DNA of 64,000 nucleotides from Curvularia clavata (Eukaryota): NCBI GenBank assembly GCA_023920165.1, contig CP089276.1, positions 3,410,001 to 3,474,000 of the forward strand, read 5' to 3'. Shown piece by piece: positions 51,777 to 64,000 of this stretch (position 1 is its first letter; each line of letters starts with the position of its first letter). The notes under the pieces were generated by a model. It saw only the letters and a program-made list of their open reading frames with translations, ran no database searches and was not told where the DNA came from. The position numbers and the translations under genes were made by a program.

Positions 51777-52166
51777 TCCATTGCATGCTACATTGCGCGC
51801 CAGATTAGATGAGTAATTCTTTCGAGAGATTGCGACCACGCGATGCATGTTCGCAGCGCAGAGAGGCATCGGTGAAGCTTGACAGAAGATGTCAATGTTG
51901 AGCTTGCGCGTCGCTCTTGTATCGATTGCATTTTAGCGAGCTGGCAGCTTTCACATGTATGTAGCTCGTCTCCGCATGTAGTAGAGCGGGATGTCAGGCG
52001 AGCTTGGGCCATGCGGGCTCCGGATCCGTTCCGCCCCAACTCCGCAATCTGCAATCAGCGGCTGAATCATCGCTGTGATCCTCATCTTCGTCATCGTCAT
52101 CATTGTCGACACCAGACGGATACCCAGCTGCCTCCCACGATACGACTACCAACGATTGCCATCACC

Positions 52167-52806
52167 ATGTCGGCGCAAACAGTGTCGATATGTAAATTCG
52201 TCGGTACAATCACCTTGGGAATCGCTACGGTACGTTGAACAAGCCCGCCACCTTTTGCTGGATACCTGCCAAGGCTTGCTCCATACACGGTCCATTGGGG
52301 ACTGCCGCATAGAGGATGACAAGGGGAAATATAGGAAGGAAGATATATTCAGCATACTAACAATCATGCAGGGCGTCTCCGCTACCCTCTCTACAACCGC
52401 ATTCCCCGCACTCCTCGCCTTACCCACCGCCGCAAACGCCCGTACTTCTCTTGCCTACCTATCCAAGCAGTCGTCTTGGTTGTCCTCATACCTCCGCCAT
52501 GTCACCACATTCACCTTGTTCTCTGCCTATTTGCTGTCGCCACGCCGCTTCCGACACCCTTACCTGCTATACACCTCCATCTTTGCCTTCATCTCTGGTC
52601 CAGGTGTCGACTATGCTGTGAGCGCCATGGAGGGAGCAGATGAGAAGAGACAGGTCATGGAGCTCGAGGCCCAGGGCGACGAGGTCAATGGCGAGCTGGT
52701 CAGGGAGTTTGTTGAGAAGAGACAGAGGACAGAACTGATCAAGACGGGGCTAGCGGGTGTGGCGTTTGCGATGCAGGTGGTTGGCCTGTGGGGAGACGGT
52801 GCTTAA
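52167..52806 (+). CDS. Atg33/Scm4-like mitochondrial outer membrane protein; 2 exons
   Basis: MSAQTVSICKFVGTITLGIAT|GVSATLST..PALLALP, SPRRFRHPYLLY, EVNGELVR, VVGLWGDGA. Intron 52230-52371. Confidence 0.75.
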
Positions 52807-53481
52807 ACGAACGACCGGAAGCCGACATGTTACAAGGCGGTGTGAGCAAAAGGAGACATGGGCGTTTGTGCGGCTGAGATATCGGACGAGACATGTGTGT
52901 ATTGTGTCTGAGTGTTGCGCCAAGTGGGAGTATGAGAACGGCGACTAGTGTTATTTTTGATTCTAGACTCTCCTATCCATCATTGCGTTTGAGTCTATTC
53001 GTCCCGTATGCGGATATTAGCGAGTCAATTCACATCCTTCGGAAGCCCCACATCTTCCTATTACCATGTCTTGATCATGCAGGTCAACTATACTTGCTGA
53101 CAAGATGATGCCGTCAGACAGGATGTGAATGTGTCTCTACTAGAGCAAAGTAATGTTGATGAAGAGAGAAAGCTAGGCGTCAGTACTGTAAGCGACTTCC
53201 ACTAGTTGCTGTGTAACTCGCGTAATTCACGTCTTTGCGAGAGCTCACCCGACAGCCACTCGGCGCATGTCTGAGTGGCGAAGTTACCATGGGCAACCAC
53301 CAAGATGGAAATCTGCCACCAAATGGCATGAGCGCAAATTGTCGTGGTCTAGACTTTTCTCCGATCGTGTTTCATGTGAAGTGGAACTGAGATTGTTCGT
53401 GAGCAGTTCACCCGATTTGCCGTAAACCAAGAAAATGCATAAAGTGGCTTTCTTTGCGCCTTCGCTCAAGTAATAAAAATG

Positions 53482-53504
53482 TTGCAGTTGCAGTTGCAGT
53501 TGCA
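53482..53504. repeat. (GTTGCA)n microsatellite
   Basis: About four copies of gttgca in the intergenic region. Confidence 0.8.
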
Positions 53505-56011
53505 ACAAACCCCTGATGAGGCGTGCCAGGGCATTGGTTGCCTGGTTTAGCGGAGCATGCTCGCTGAAAGTGACTGTTTGACAGTCAGATACGGGCTAGG
53601 ATGCTTAGAAACGGACATCAGAGTCATATACCACCGGATTGACAAGCTAACATGCTCTACGATAAAGCCCACTACTCAATTTCGTATCTTGCTAACAATG
53701 TAGAATTTCTCCAGTTTCGAAGTCGGCAGGGCGGTTCCCCATGCTCGGCCAAGCATGCAGGTACCACCAAAAACAATGACATGTGTTCCGACGCTGAATC
53801 TGCCGACCCCTTTTGTTGCCAGCACACTGCATCCACTCTGATGCGAACATGACCGAGGCATCAGTAACGCAGTTGTCTCACCAGCAAGTCAATGACGGCA
53901 GTGGCTTTCAGATTCTGCTTCAACGTGTACCGAGTGTGCCAATCTTTATCTCCTTCCACACTCCATCCCTCTCCCGGTCCATATTTAATTCGGACGGTTT
54001 GCGCTTACTAGGTCCCCTGTCGATCGCGCTATCGATATGGGTCGGCCGGGTTTAGGATTAGCGTGCCCGTGGACGTCGCTTAGGAGCAAAGCGGTGGCGA
54101 ATCATCGGCCGAGAGAGAACAGGGCTTGCGTCATAGCCTGCCGGGATGGTGATCTCCACAAGCGTCTGCGAAAGAGAATTGGGCGCGAGCAAGACAATGA
54201 GACCCAGGCCGCGTGTACGTGCGGTGGCTGGCTCGCGGTGGCTTGGCAGAGCAACCCTTTAACAGCCAATGCTGTCGGCAGCCCAAATTGGTTAGAGCTG
54301 GTCGAGCATTCGCCATGTTGGCTGCTAGGCGATCAGGCTAATTGGAAGGTGGAATGAGGCAGAGAGTTCAAGCCGATAAGCAAAACCGTCGGATGGTGAA
54401 ATCACCGAGGGTTGTTGGTATGGCCTTGACGGAGTCGATAGGCGGCCTCGGGCGGGCGTGTCGCCCTGCCTAGTTAGAGGAGCGGAGCGCCTTAGTGGTG
54501 ACAAGGTGACGAGGCTTGACGCCGTTGCTTGAGAGTGTCAACGGCCCGGCGCTTCGTCGCCAACCCAGAGCCTCAACACCGTAAAGCAGAGCTCTTGGGT
54601 TCTTGGAAACAAGATGCACTATGCAAAAAGGCCTGGGAGGGTGACGATACGCAGCTGGATAGGGCAGCGATCGCGACTCGCGGTGGAGAGACTGCAATGG
54701 CTGCATACATCGTGCAGGCTGCATGCGACAGGGCGGCTCATGCAAGGAGGGTAAGAAATGGTGCGGACACCTGCTTTTGATGCTTGCTGCGAGAGCTGGG
54801 ACAGCCAATTCGGCCGGTTGGGTGGCAGGCTTGGGAGAGAGCAATCCCAACGCCACCACACCGTGCTAATCCTGCGCCGTGCCAGGTGATCAGCACGCAT
54901 CGTAGCAAAGACAAAACACGCTGCGAGTCCTGCGCTGTGCAGCAGCACCCAACCATTTCACCCTTCCCATCGTCTCTTCACACGTTCGTTGTCGTAGCCG
55001 ACCCTTACTCTCGTTTGTCTAGCGGGGCGTACACGTGGAGCAGAAGCCGACCGGTATAGATATTGGTTTGCTGCTGCTGCTTCGCCACGGCCACTTGGAT
55101 CGATCGGTTTGACTTTTGCTGATTTCATTTCCGGGAGACAGGCCGCGGCAGTGTCACCAAGCACAGCAACATTGCGACAAAAGCAAGAAGGGTGTTGCGA
55201 ATCCCGCGCTTGGCTCCGGTCTGTGTGTCCTGTTCGAGGACGTCCGACAGGTGGTGATCTCAGGCGGTTGAGGCTATAGCAGGCGATAGACGACGATATC
55301 AATAGCATTGCCTTGGACGGTGCCGGGTTGCCAGTCGGACGAATAGGGCCATCATTGGAGGAAAACAAGGAACAGGGCGGGTCGAGTCAGGAGCTTGTGC
55401 CCAGTGCGGAAGAGGCGGAGGAACTAAAGGCCAAAGCGGGAGGGATCAGGACGTGGATAGTGCTCGAAGCACCAGCACAGACCTTGTTGTTGATTTAGCG
55501 CTCGTAAGTCTGCCGCTCCACCAGCCTTCATTCTCAACAGAGCCTTTTCCCTGGCCCAATCCCGCTGGCGACTCCCGTCCAACAACTTTCCACGGGTAAC
55601 GATGCTGACCACAGTCTGAGGCGACACAGCTACCTCGACTCTCACTACCCTCACCCTCACTACCACCATCTGCTCTGCTCCACCTGTGCATTGCACCCGC
55701 CGCCTCGAGAGCGTCCGACGAGCCCCATCGACTAGGCCGCCTGTACCACCTCACACCACAGCGACCCTTCGACCCCGCTCGCTTCACACGCCGTCGGTCC
55801 TTTCTTCCTCTCGTTCTTCACTTGTAAACCGAGGCGTTCAATCGCCTTCTTTCCCCGACAGTCTTTGTCGCGCTCCAACGCGCTACGCCATCTGCCCCAT
55901 TCACGCCGCGGAGCAACCACCCGAGACCCGTACAGCCCTCGAGGCTTGTCGACAAGGCCTTCGCCCACTCTTCCAGGCTCGAGCAGTCAACCAGCATCTC
56001 TTTTCTTCACA

Positions 56012-57373
56012 ATGGACCGCAACTTCGCCTCCTCGCTGCTCGGCTTGGCCGCATTCTCCACGCTCCTGCTCTCCATACAACCCGCAGGCGCTGCAGATTG
56101 GTCATATCCATACTGCTCTTCCCTCAACACTGGCGAACAAGACACTAGCTGTGAGTCCTCTCATCCATCTTGTGCACCGTTCCGTGTTTAACATGCCTAG
56201 ATACTTGGCCATACCAGTCCAACGGCAACTGCACCAACCACTGCAAAGAGGAAGGCGGCTCATGGGCCTTCGCCGTTATCCAATACACCAACTGCTGGTG
56301 TTCCAACTACGTGCCTGGAGATACATCAGACACAAGCGACTGCATGGTAGACTGCCCTGGCTTCCCTGCCGAAAAATGTGGAAACAAGGACAAAGACCTC
56401 TTCATCTACGTTCAGATGGACGGCCAGCCATCCGGCACCAAGGGAGCCTCGCAGCCCTCCTCGACACCAGCTGCCTCCTCCAAGCAACAAGCACCAACTG
56501 TTAGTACCCTTTTTTCTTATTTTATCAGCACAGTCCCATTTCTTGCCGTTCGTCAATCTACCTAAAGTCGCCCCTTTGGCTGTACATGCACAATCACATG
56601 CTATCGGTGGTTGACTTTCTGGTAGTCTGCTCCACCTCCTGCACAAGTGGTAACGAGCATTGTGACACAGAAACCAGAGACTGTCTTCTCGACGGTCACT
56701 GCAGAGCCGGCCTCTTCGTCCTCGTCCTCGTCTGCTACTGTACTTCGCTTCCACCCGTTTCAACGTCACTGACTAACATATGCCGCAGAGCAAGAAACCG
56801 TCATCTACCGATGCTTCCAGCAATACCCAGGAGCCCGTCACAGTGCCGACCTTAGTGACTGAGAGCGGCAATGTCATCACCCGCACTGTTGTCATAACAC
56901 CTTCTGCCGCTGCCCCTGCTGTCAGTGAATCAAAGGATTCACCCAACATCGGCGCAATTGCTGGTGGTGTAGCCGGAGGTGTCATCGGTCTACTAGCTAT
57001 CATTGGCGCCGTTTTGTTTTTCCTATGGAGGAAGAGAAGACAGCAGCAGCTTGAGCAAGAAGGTGGATCTGGTATCACGCGTAACGTCAGCACGATGAGC
57101 AGAGCTGGTCTGTTGGGTGGACGTACGGAGAAGTCACCCACGCCTCTCACTACCACTTTTGGTTCACAGCGCAGCCGACCCGATGACGAGTCAATCACGC
57201 CCATCACTCCATCGACTCGCCGGCTAAGCCAGCCGATCTTGGTCGATTCTCGCCTCAACCCGGCCGCCGTCCTCACCTTCCACGGCGCCAACCTCAGCCG
57301 AGAAAGCTTAGCCAGTATCGACGATAGTCGGGATTACGGTCGTCAACTGAACGTGCGCAACCCTGACCCGTAG
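56012..57373 (+). CDS. WSC-domain cell wall integrity sensor (Wsc4-like); 4 exons
   Basis: Signal peptide, YCSSLN..YQSNGNCTNHC..AFAVIQYTNCWCSNY..CPGFPAEKCG, S/T-rich stalk, TM GAIAGGVAGG..FLWRKRR, tail DYGRQLNVRNPDP. Introns 56151-56200, 56500-56625, 56740-56788. Confidence 0.88.
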
Positions 57374-58110
57374 AAAAGTACGAGAACCTTCACCCTTCAC
57401 CGTGCGTTATATCTGGGGCAAGCCATGACCAAAACAAAGAGCGGCCCTAGAACAGCACCAAAAAAATCAAAGCTAGCCTCAACGACTACTACGCAGAAGT
57501 TGGGGCACGATTCACGAACATAAAAGGATGCCCTATCCACATTAACTCAGCGTAATGCTTTAGCAGCGGTACATTGATGTCAACTCCATTTTACTATCAT
57601 CTTCAGGCTTTCGATATTTCCCTGCCAAGAAATTGTCGGTCTGGTTTTTCCTATACATCGTTAAAGGGCATCGGAGCCCGTGTACTATATCCTTCTTTTT
57701 GGCTGGAATTTCGTTGAACAACAATGTACATACTTAAAATGGGGCGGGGGGATAACATGAGTGTGCCCTGCAGCAAAGACACGTAGGACAGCTGCCACTA
57801 CCTAATGGCGAGGTGGAGAAACAGAAATTGTTCCTAATTAGGTGCGAGACTTGGTTGCGAGAGATGGGACTGTTGCGTGAGTGCGGATACCACGCAGCTG
57901 CATCACCATTCTCTAATTGAATGTACACATTACTGTTTAAATCATTGCTCTGGTCAGATATGTCTTGTTTGGTACTTCTTTGACTTTGCATTCTGTAGGG
58001 CAGTGAGAACATCGTTCTTTTTGTGAGAAGATCGCCAAGACGCTAGTAGCTTGCTCGTTCGATTTGACTTTAGTCTATACACTTTGCGTAGCGTTCAATC
58101 ACCACATATC

Positions 58111-59480
58111 ATGGACACCCTTCCAAACAAATTATTACTAGGGATCATCGGCCAGGTGTTGCTCTAAGGATTCCATGGACTGGTGAATATCAGCCTCGTG
58201 AACAGACGCCTACACCGCCTCGCCGATGAGCTTGCATACAGCACATATTCTCTAAAACATGGAAACCAAGAGCTTTTCATTCGTAAACTTGCGTCCGATC
58301 CAATCCGAGCACGATTTTTCCAAGAGATATAATCAAATTGCAGACCTATTGCAGAGTACTTCTAGTACAGCGATCATGTAACTGTTATGGTTCCTGATGG
58401 TTTTTTACCAACGGAATTTCAAAACATTATCCAAAGACTAAAATTTGATTCAGAGAAGCCCCCACTACAAATTTTGTGAAACCCCTGCTGGAGCACGTTG
58501 ATACGGATGCATATTAGACCACGTTTCTCGTCTTCATGCCGTACATAACATCTACGTTGCTATACCCTCCGCATAGGATTCTAGTACGGTCTGGTTTAGG
58601 CAGCACTAAGGTTGCTGGCCATGTCCAGGCTGAGAGAAGCAACGATCACGTGTTCAATGCTCATGAAGAATATTGTGTTTTTGTTCTGGCTACCATCACT
58701 ACGCAGATTAACTGTGGACAGTGTTGGGCATAATCCGTTCGTATCTCACACGAGCATGAAGATTTTGAGTGGGAAAAATATCACATAATAATCGACCAGC
58801 TCTCCCAAGAAAAATGCTGGATTTAAAGCTTACATATTCGAAATCACAGCACCGTTACGTTGAGAGTAGCTGAGTTGGTCGGATATTTTGGTTGTCTGAA
58901 AACATTGGTATTCACATGCATAAACCGCAGGGACAATGAAGACGAGGAAATACTTGGATAACTCCTGCTTGTTGTCACACAACACTCGAGAATCCTCGAA
59001 TCGCTATCTGTAAAAGATTCTCGACTGGAACTAGTCCGGAATATGCTCAGTGAAGTGGGCAAACTGGAGAATACAAGTTTTCTTGTTCTTGATACCACAG
59101 AACTGTTCCAATCTTTTGGCGAGCTAAAAGAGACTATTGGCGAGTCATTGTCGAGATTTTTGCAACAACTGCCCAAGTCCGCTCAACATCTCGGGCTTAT
59201 AGCCAATGACCCTGTAGAGAGCCCGGGGCTGAGACTTTTGGCTGCGTTTTGCGACGCTTTGATCGAGATCGCACCGACTATCAAGACCATACTACCTGCC
59301 TCGCATACATTCGCCATCGGTAAGGGACATACTCTTGATGAGACTTTCGCATTTCAAACTAAACTCATGAATATTATGCGAGCGCTTGCCATAGTTGGGC
59401 AGTTGCAGGGATACGATCGTACCCTCAGGACCAGATTGGATGTAATTACCCGAGAGATGGAAGAAGAGGACTGGTTATAG
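58111..59480 (+). pseudogene. Disrupted F-box-like gene
   Basis: MDTLPNKLLLGIIGQVLL*GFHGLVNISLVNRRLHRLADELAY is an F-box-like motif. In-frame stops at 58165, 58330 and 58363, an apparent frameshift near 58470, and a residual 3' ORF ending at 59480. Confidence 0.7.
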
Positions 59481-60070
59481 GTTACGTGGGATCCCGAAAA
59501 TTCTTGGGGCGTCTACGAGCAAGGGTCAGATTCAGACTAGATATGTCTGCATGAGAACACGTTGCAAACAAACTTGGTCTTGAGATTTGTATTAATAAGT
59601 ATATGGTTTTCATTGAATCAGAAAGATGTAAATCCCAATGAGCCGAAACTGTGAAATACTCTTCGGTCTGCCATTGGAAGATTAGAATGGGCTCACCTAC
59701 AAAGCCAAGCTATTTACATAGAGATAATACATGACTATCACAACTACTTCTACTACGTGTAAAAGTCGAGATACAAATACAAAGAGTATATCAAGAAACA
59801 ACTAACTACTGCTACTACAACAACTACAGCTACTTTCAAAAGTAGGGTGGTTTTGTAGGCTGCCATTTTCTGGTTTCACTAGTTGTGTGAGAGCAGGAAT
59901 TGAGGCTCAACTGCACATGCGCCACACGTTCCCACTCGGGCCCACTCGAGCCCTGAATCTCGACCGCAACGCGACCCACGACCACGACCACAGCCCTTCC
60001 TCCCAACACCACAAACTATTTTCCTCTATATAGTTTTCTGTACGGTCGCATTGATTCTTCGTCGCCCATC

Positions 60071-61577
60071 ATGAGCAAAATGTGGGAGGTGGATCCGGAG
60101 ACGCGGAGTAAGGTACGTTGGTCACTCTAGCAGCCTGTGGAGGCGGGGGGTGCTAGGGGTCAATTGCGGAGATGGGAGCACAACATAGCCAAACGATGAC
60201 GCTGGAAATGACCAAAAGCTAATTCAATCTCTCTGCAGTTACTGGAGATTCAGAAGACAAACGAGAACAACAAATGTGTCGACTGCAATGCGCCCAGTCC
60301 ACAATGGGTACGCAGCCACCCGTCCGCCCTCGAGCCAGGCACGCGAGCAGGAACTTGACTTACTGATACCTCCTGTTCTAGGCCTCGCCCAAACTCGGTA
60401 TCTTCATGTGTCTCTCCTGCTCTGGTGTCCATCGCGGTCTAGGTGTCCACATCTCCTTCATCCGTAGCATAACCATGGACGCTTTCAAGGGCTCAGAGCT
60501 CTTGCGCATGGCTGCCGGCGGGAACAAGCCCTTCCAAGACTTTTTCAACGCCCACGAATCGAATACCAAGGAAGGGCGCACATTCGAGTCGTCGACCATA
60601 CAAGAGCGGTACGACTCGGAAGCAGGCGATGAGTGGAAAGAGAGGCTTAGCTGCAAGGTCGAGAATAGAGAATTCGACAAGAGCAACCTACCCAAGCGGT
60701 TACCCAAAAAGGAAAATACTTCTACGGCGGGTGCGGGGGGACCGTTGAGCGGACGGGCCAGTGCAGCAGGAAGCAGGAGTCAGACGCCGTTGGGCAAGAC
60801 ACGGAGTGGTGATGCAGGGTTTCAGCGCTCTGGATCACCTGCCCTCGGCACCAACGCTATGTCACAGAAGTCAAAGAACGAGGCGTACTTTGCAAAGATG
60901 GGTCAGGAGAACGCCAACAGGCCAGAAGGTGTTGCCCCAAATCAAGGAGGAAAATATGCTGGCTTCGGTAGTGAGCCGGATTCGTGGAAGAAGGACGAAG
61001 AGCCTGGTGCGCCGCCTGCGCTTGACGATTTCCAGAGAGACCCTGTCGGTGCGCTCACCAAAGGGTTTGGATGGCTGGGTGCCAGCGTGAGCAAAGTGGG
61101 CAAGACAGGTTATGAAGGCTGGGTGAAGCCCGGCATGGCAAAGGCATGGTTGACCCTGTTGTGCGCAATGAATTGCTATGGCTAACTATCTTCCAGCTCG
61201 CTGAAGCAGATCTCGCTGCTCAAGCTCGCAACACCGCAGGCACCTTGGGCCAGACCCTTCAATCTGGCGTCGCATCCGCCAACACGCAATTCACTCGATT
61301 TGTCGAGGGAGACGACTCTTCATCTGGTGCACGTCGCAATGCCCCTGAGCCTGAACGCAAAGACTTTTGGGAAAGCTTTGGCGCGGCCCCCAAGGGACCA
61401 GCAAAGGACAAGCAAGACTTTTGGGACGAGTTTGCTAGCGCAGGCGAGGCAAGAACTAACACCACCGTGGAAAAGAAGAAGCCCAGTGGTATTGGAACAA
61501 GTGCCATGAAGAAGAGTAGTGGAAGTGGTAACATGGGTGGAGCAGCCAAGAAGGATGATGAGTGGGGTGAGTGGTAG
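60071..61577 (+). CDS. GCS1: ADP-ribosylation factor GTPase-activating protein (Gcs1/ArfGAP1-like); 4 exons
   Basis: MSKMWEVDPETRSK, zinc finger CVDC..PQW|ASPKLGIFMCLSCSGVHRGLGVHISFIRSITMD, PNQGGKYAGFGS, DDEWGEW. Introns 60113-60238, 60308-60381 and 61144-61196 (GC-AG). Confidence 0.92.
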
Positions 61578-62643
61578 AAGCGCATACCCACAGGCTGAGT
61601 TCTCGGCGGTAGTTGGTTGAGGTTGCATGAGGCGTTTAGGCGTCAGTCCATACATAGCATGGGAGATTTGGGGTGGGCGAACTGCTGGATAACTCATCGC
61701 ACTGTCTTTGCGCACATGTACGTGGCAAATATCATCGTTACGTTCCGTTCTGTCTGTTTGCCTTGGCTTTGGTTCCTGCCTGCTTCATTGGACAGGCAGA
61801 GCGGAAATGTTGACATGTCGTGATTACGTACTGACTGGGGCTCTTTCATGCATTCGGAATAGGTTGACTATATTTAGTGGTAGTGTCTACCGAGATTTGT
61901 CTTACACTTGGTGCCTTGACTGTCGCTTCAATTCGTTGAACGTGAGCTGGTATCATAAAATTTACTTACGTAGGTGGGATCAAGATACCAACAGCTATTC
62001 ACTCAATTCGATGGTCTTTCGCCAATAGTACAGATAGTAAATACATTTGAACAACACTGATACACAATCGCCAGTGCTCTTTCCAATGTTCTTGTCCATT
62101 CAGTTCCTGTCTCGTAAAGAAATCCGAAATTCATCCCGTAATCCGTGGAAATATCATCAACGTTATTCATCCCAGACAAAACAGAAATTTGGTGCGATGG
62201 CGATGGTGACATAATGCCTTGAACCCGCAATTATTCTTGGCCTAGTTCCAATTGGTGAGCTATCATCATCGAAGGACCATTTGTAGCCAAACTTGGCACC
62301 GACAATTTCGCATAATCAGCAGTCTGATAGGGTTAAGAGCATAGTCGAAAAGACAAAGAGTAATTCTTACAGAGGGAGGTTTGGACGCACCTAGACATGA
62401 TGTTTCCCATATAAACCCTCTTTCTCAATCCTCTCTTTCTCGGTTCTCTCCTTTTTGCCAAATTTCAGTGAGTACACAGCGAGAGAGTGCTTCAACGGCG
62501 GGACTCTCCTGGCAATCACAGCATCTCGTAAGTCTCATCTCATCTCACATTATGCTATCTTAGCTTGGCTTGAAAAACACTTTCATTACTACTTCTGTAC
62601 GTAATAGATCTTTCTATTAACTTGGGATAAAAGCCTTGCAATC

Positions 62644-64000
62644 ATGTACATCATCCTGGGTGCGATTTTCGCACTCTTCCTGAGCTTCGCCCAAGCGAAG
62701 CATGCATGGATCCGCGCTTATTACTTCTCGTCTGGCGACTGCAGTGGACCGCCCATCATGGGCAACGTAGATGTCCCGAGAGATGTCTGCGAAAGCCTAA
62801 TATTTGGCGGTTCATCCATGAGGCTTACAGAGACTACCCTGGGAGACTGGACCCGAGAAATCAACGCTGGTGCTACTGGCTGCTACTTATATGCTTTCAC
62901 CCAGTTAGGTTGCTATGAGAGGTATCTCGACCTCATTCTTGACCCGGCCGATGTCATGAACTTGTGTATTCCATCGAGAGATGCAAACGACCCCTTTTTC
63001 TCCCTATCGTTTACGTGCATCTATGGCGAGCCGCCCCGCCGCCGTCGGACATTGCCAGCAGCAGCGAACAGGACGACTAATGAGTTGAACATGACCAACC
63101 CCGATGTCGCGAGCGCTTACCTCCGTGGGAGAGCTCTCGTTGATGAACTTCGCAAATTCAACGGCACAACGAGGTTCAACAATAGCATTGCGTCTGGCCC
63201 TGCTCAGAATAGTTACAATGCCACCTCAATCACAATCAATTCCGGTAACAGCAGCATGGATGGCCCTGTTCAGAATATCAGTATCAGGTCTGTCAACCAT
63301 CAGGGGCCGGCTTTTATCAGCAGAGAACGCAATGCCAACTTGACACGCAAGGCCAACCACAGCAGTCCCGTCAGTGCCAGGTCCGTCAATTTCCACGGGC
63401 CAGCTTTAATCAACGGGAAGCCCAACTCCAACTATAGTCACAAGTTGACCGCTAGAGAGTCGGACGATGAGCCAAGCATTGCTAGTGGAATACTATACCT
63501 CAACTCTACGCACAATATCAACAACAGCAGGTCGGAAAGCCCTGTTGAGCCCATTGGTGCCCGCTCCGTCAACTACCATGGATCTGCTCTCATTGATGAA
63601 GAACCCAACTTAAACTCCAGCTGCGAGTATAAGGACAGCAAGCCTGGTGACCATGTCCAACTCGGTAACAATACCAATGGACACCACGAGCTAGCCGACG
63701 TGAATAGAGTCCCAATCACCAACGTAACACGTGCCCAGATCCATTCCGCGGGCACCCAAACCATTGATGATTCGAATAGGGACGTTGATTACTCTGAAGA
63801 CGACTCTGACTGGTCTGACGATGACTTCGATGCCAACAGGAATGAGTACGAGTCGTACAGAAACTCCACTTCACTCGACAAGCGCGACTCCATCAACCTT
63901 TTTTGGGAAGGGCCTACTAGGTCTCTTTGGATGTTGCACCCCTGGACCGGTAGTATTTTGTGCTATAAATGCTTTGCCAAGGCCGCCGACGACTTCGGAA
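62644..64000 (+). CDS. Secreted protein (partial, runs off the window): signal peptide, 6-Cys domain, Asn-rich repeats, dibasic sites
   Basis: Open frame from ATG 62644 (MYIILGAIFALFLSFAQA) to the window end with no stop, checked by manual translation. Absent from the ORF track because it has no stop in the window. Confidence 0.85.
   Translation, partial: MYIILGAIFALFLSFAQAKHAWIRAYYFSSGDCSGPPIMGNVDVPRDVCESLIFGGSSMRLTETTLGDWTREINAGATGCYLYAFTQLGCYERYLDLILDPADVMNLCIPSRDANDPFFSLSFTCIYGEPPRRRRTLPAAANRTTNELNMTNPDVASAYLRGRALVDELRKFNGTTRFNNSIASGPAQNSYNATSITINSGNSSMDGPVQNISIRSVNHQGPAFISRERNANLTRKANHSSPVSARSVNFHGPALINGKPNSNYSHKLTARESDDEPSIASGILYLNSTHNINNSRSESPVEPIGARSVNYHGSALIDEEPNLNSSCEYKDSKPGDHVQLGNNTNGHHELADVNRVPITNVTRAQIHSAGTQTIDDSNRDVDYSEDDSDWSDDDFDANRNEYESYRNSTSLDKRDSINLFWEGPTRSLWMLHPWTGSILCYKCFAKAADDFG

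Noticed and set aside
972..52806. Stop-codon readthrough (TGA-CTA) producing cryptic PTS1 extensions
   Set aside because: I checked the stop contexts of most genes in this span; none had the readthrough motif or an evident PTS1-ending extension.
52810..56010. Many short ORFs in the 3.2-kb region upstream of the WSC gene
   Set aside because: No coding features; consistent with a long promoter or 5' UTR.
29732..61577. Three trafficking genes (SNX41-like, VPS17, GCS1-like) in one window
   Set aside because: They are widely separated by unrelated genes, so chance co-location is sufficient.
62003..62230. Minus-strand ORF (DDISTDYGMNFGFLYETG) that looks protein-like
   Set aside because: Short, with an in-frame stop just upstream and no identifiable family; at most a relic.

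Overview
A 64-kb gene-dense eukaryotic window from a filamentous ascomycete. Evidence: short GT-AG introns with CTRAC branch points and Pezizomycotina-type genes; a Dothideomycete/Pleosporales origin is my impression only. I reconstructed 25 intact protein-coding genes from splice signals, plus an initiator tRNA-Met and an F-box-like pseudogene. Most genes are conserved housekeeping genes: STE14, IEC3, PDS5, TTI1, SNX41-like, VPS17, MEF2, SPS19, ATG33-like, a WSC sensor, a GCS1-like ArfGAP, a ZIP transporter, GT69 and AlaX. I found no transposon, CRISPR or rRNA. The best leads are: (1) an MFS + CX3C-amidase + PuuE-like deacetylase trio, whose divergent promoter carries two TCGG-N11-CCGA sites and several GATA sites; (2) a secreted repeat-containing protein with Kex2-type sites, absent from the ORF track because it runs off the window; (3) an amidase with a C-terminal winged-helix-like extension; (4) an orphan 7-TM protein; (5) a skippable in-frame exon in the WSC sensor stalk; (6) structured long introns in VPS17 and MEF2; and (7) one GC donor and two GAG acceptor splice sites. 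Family assignments come from motif recognition, not database searches.
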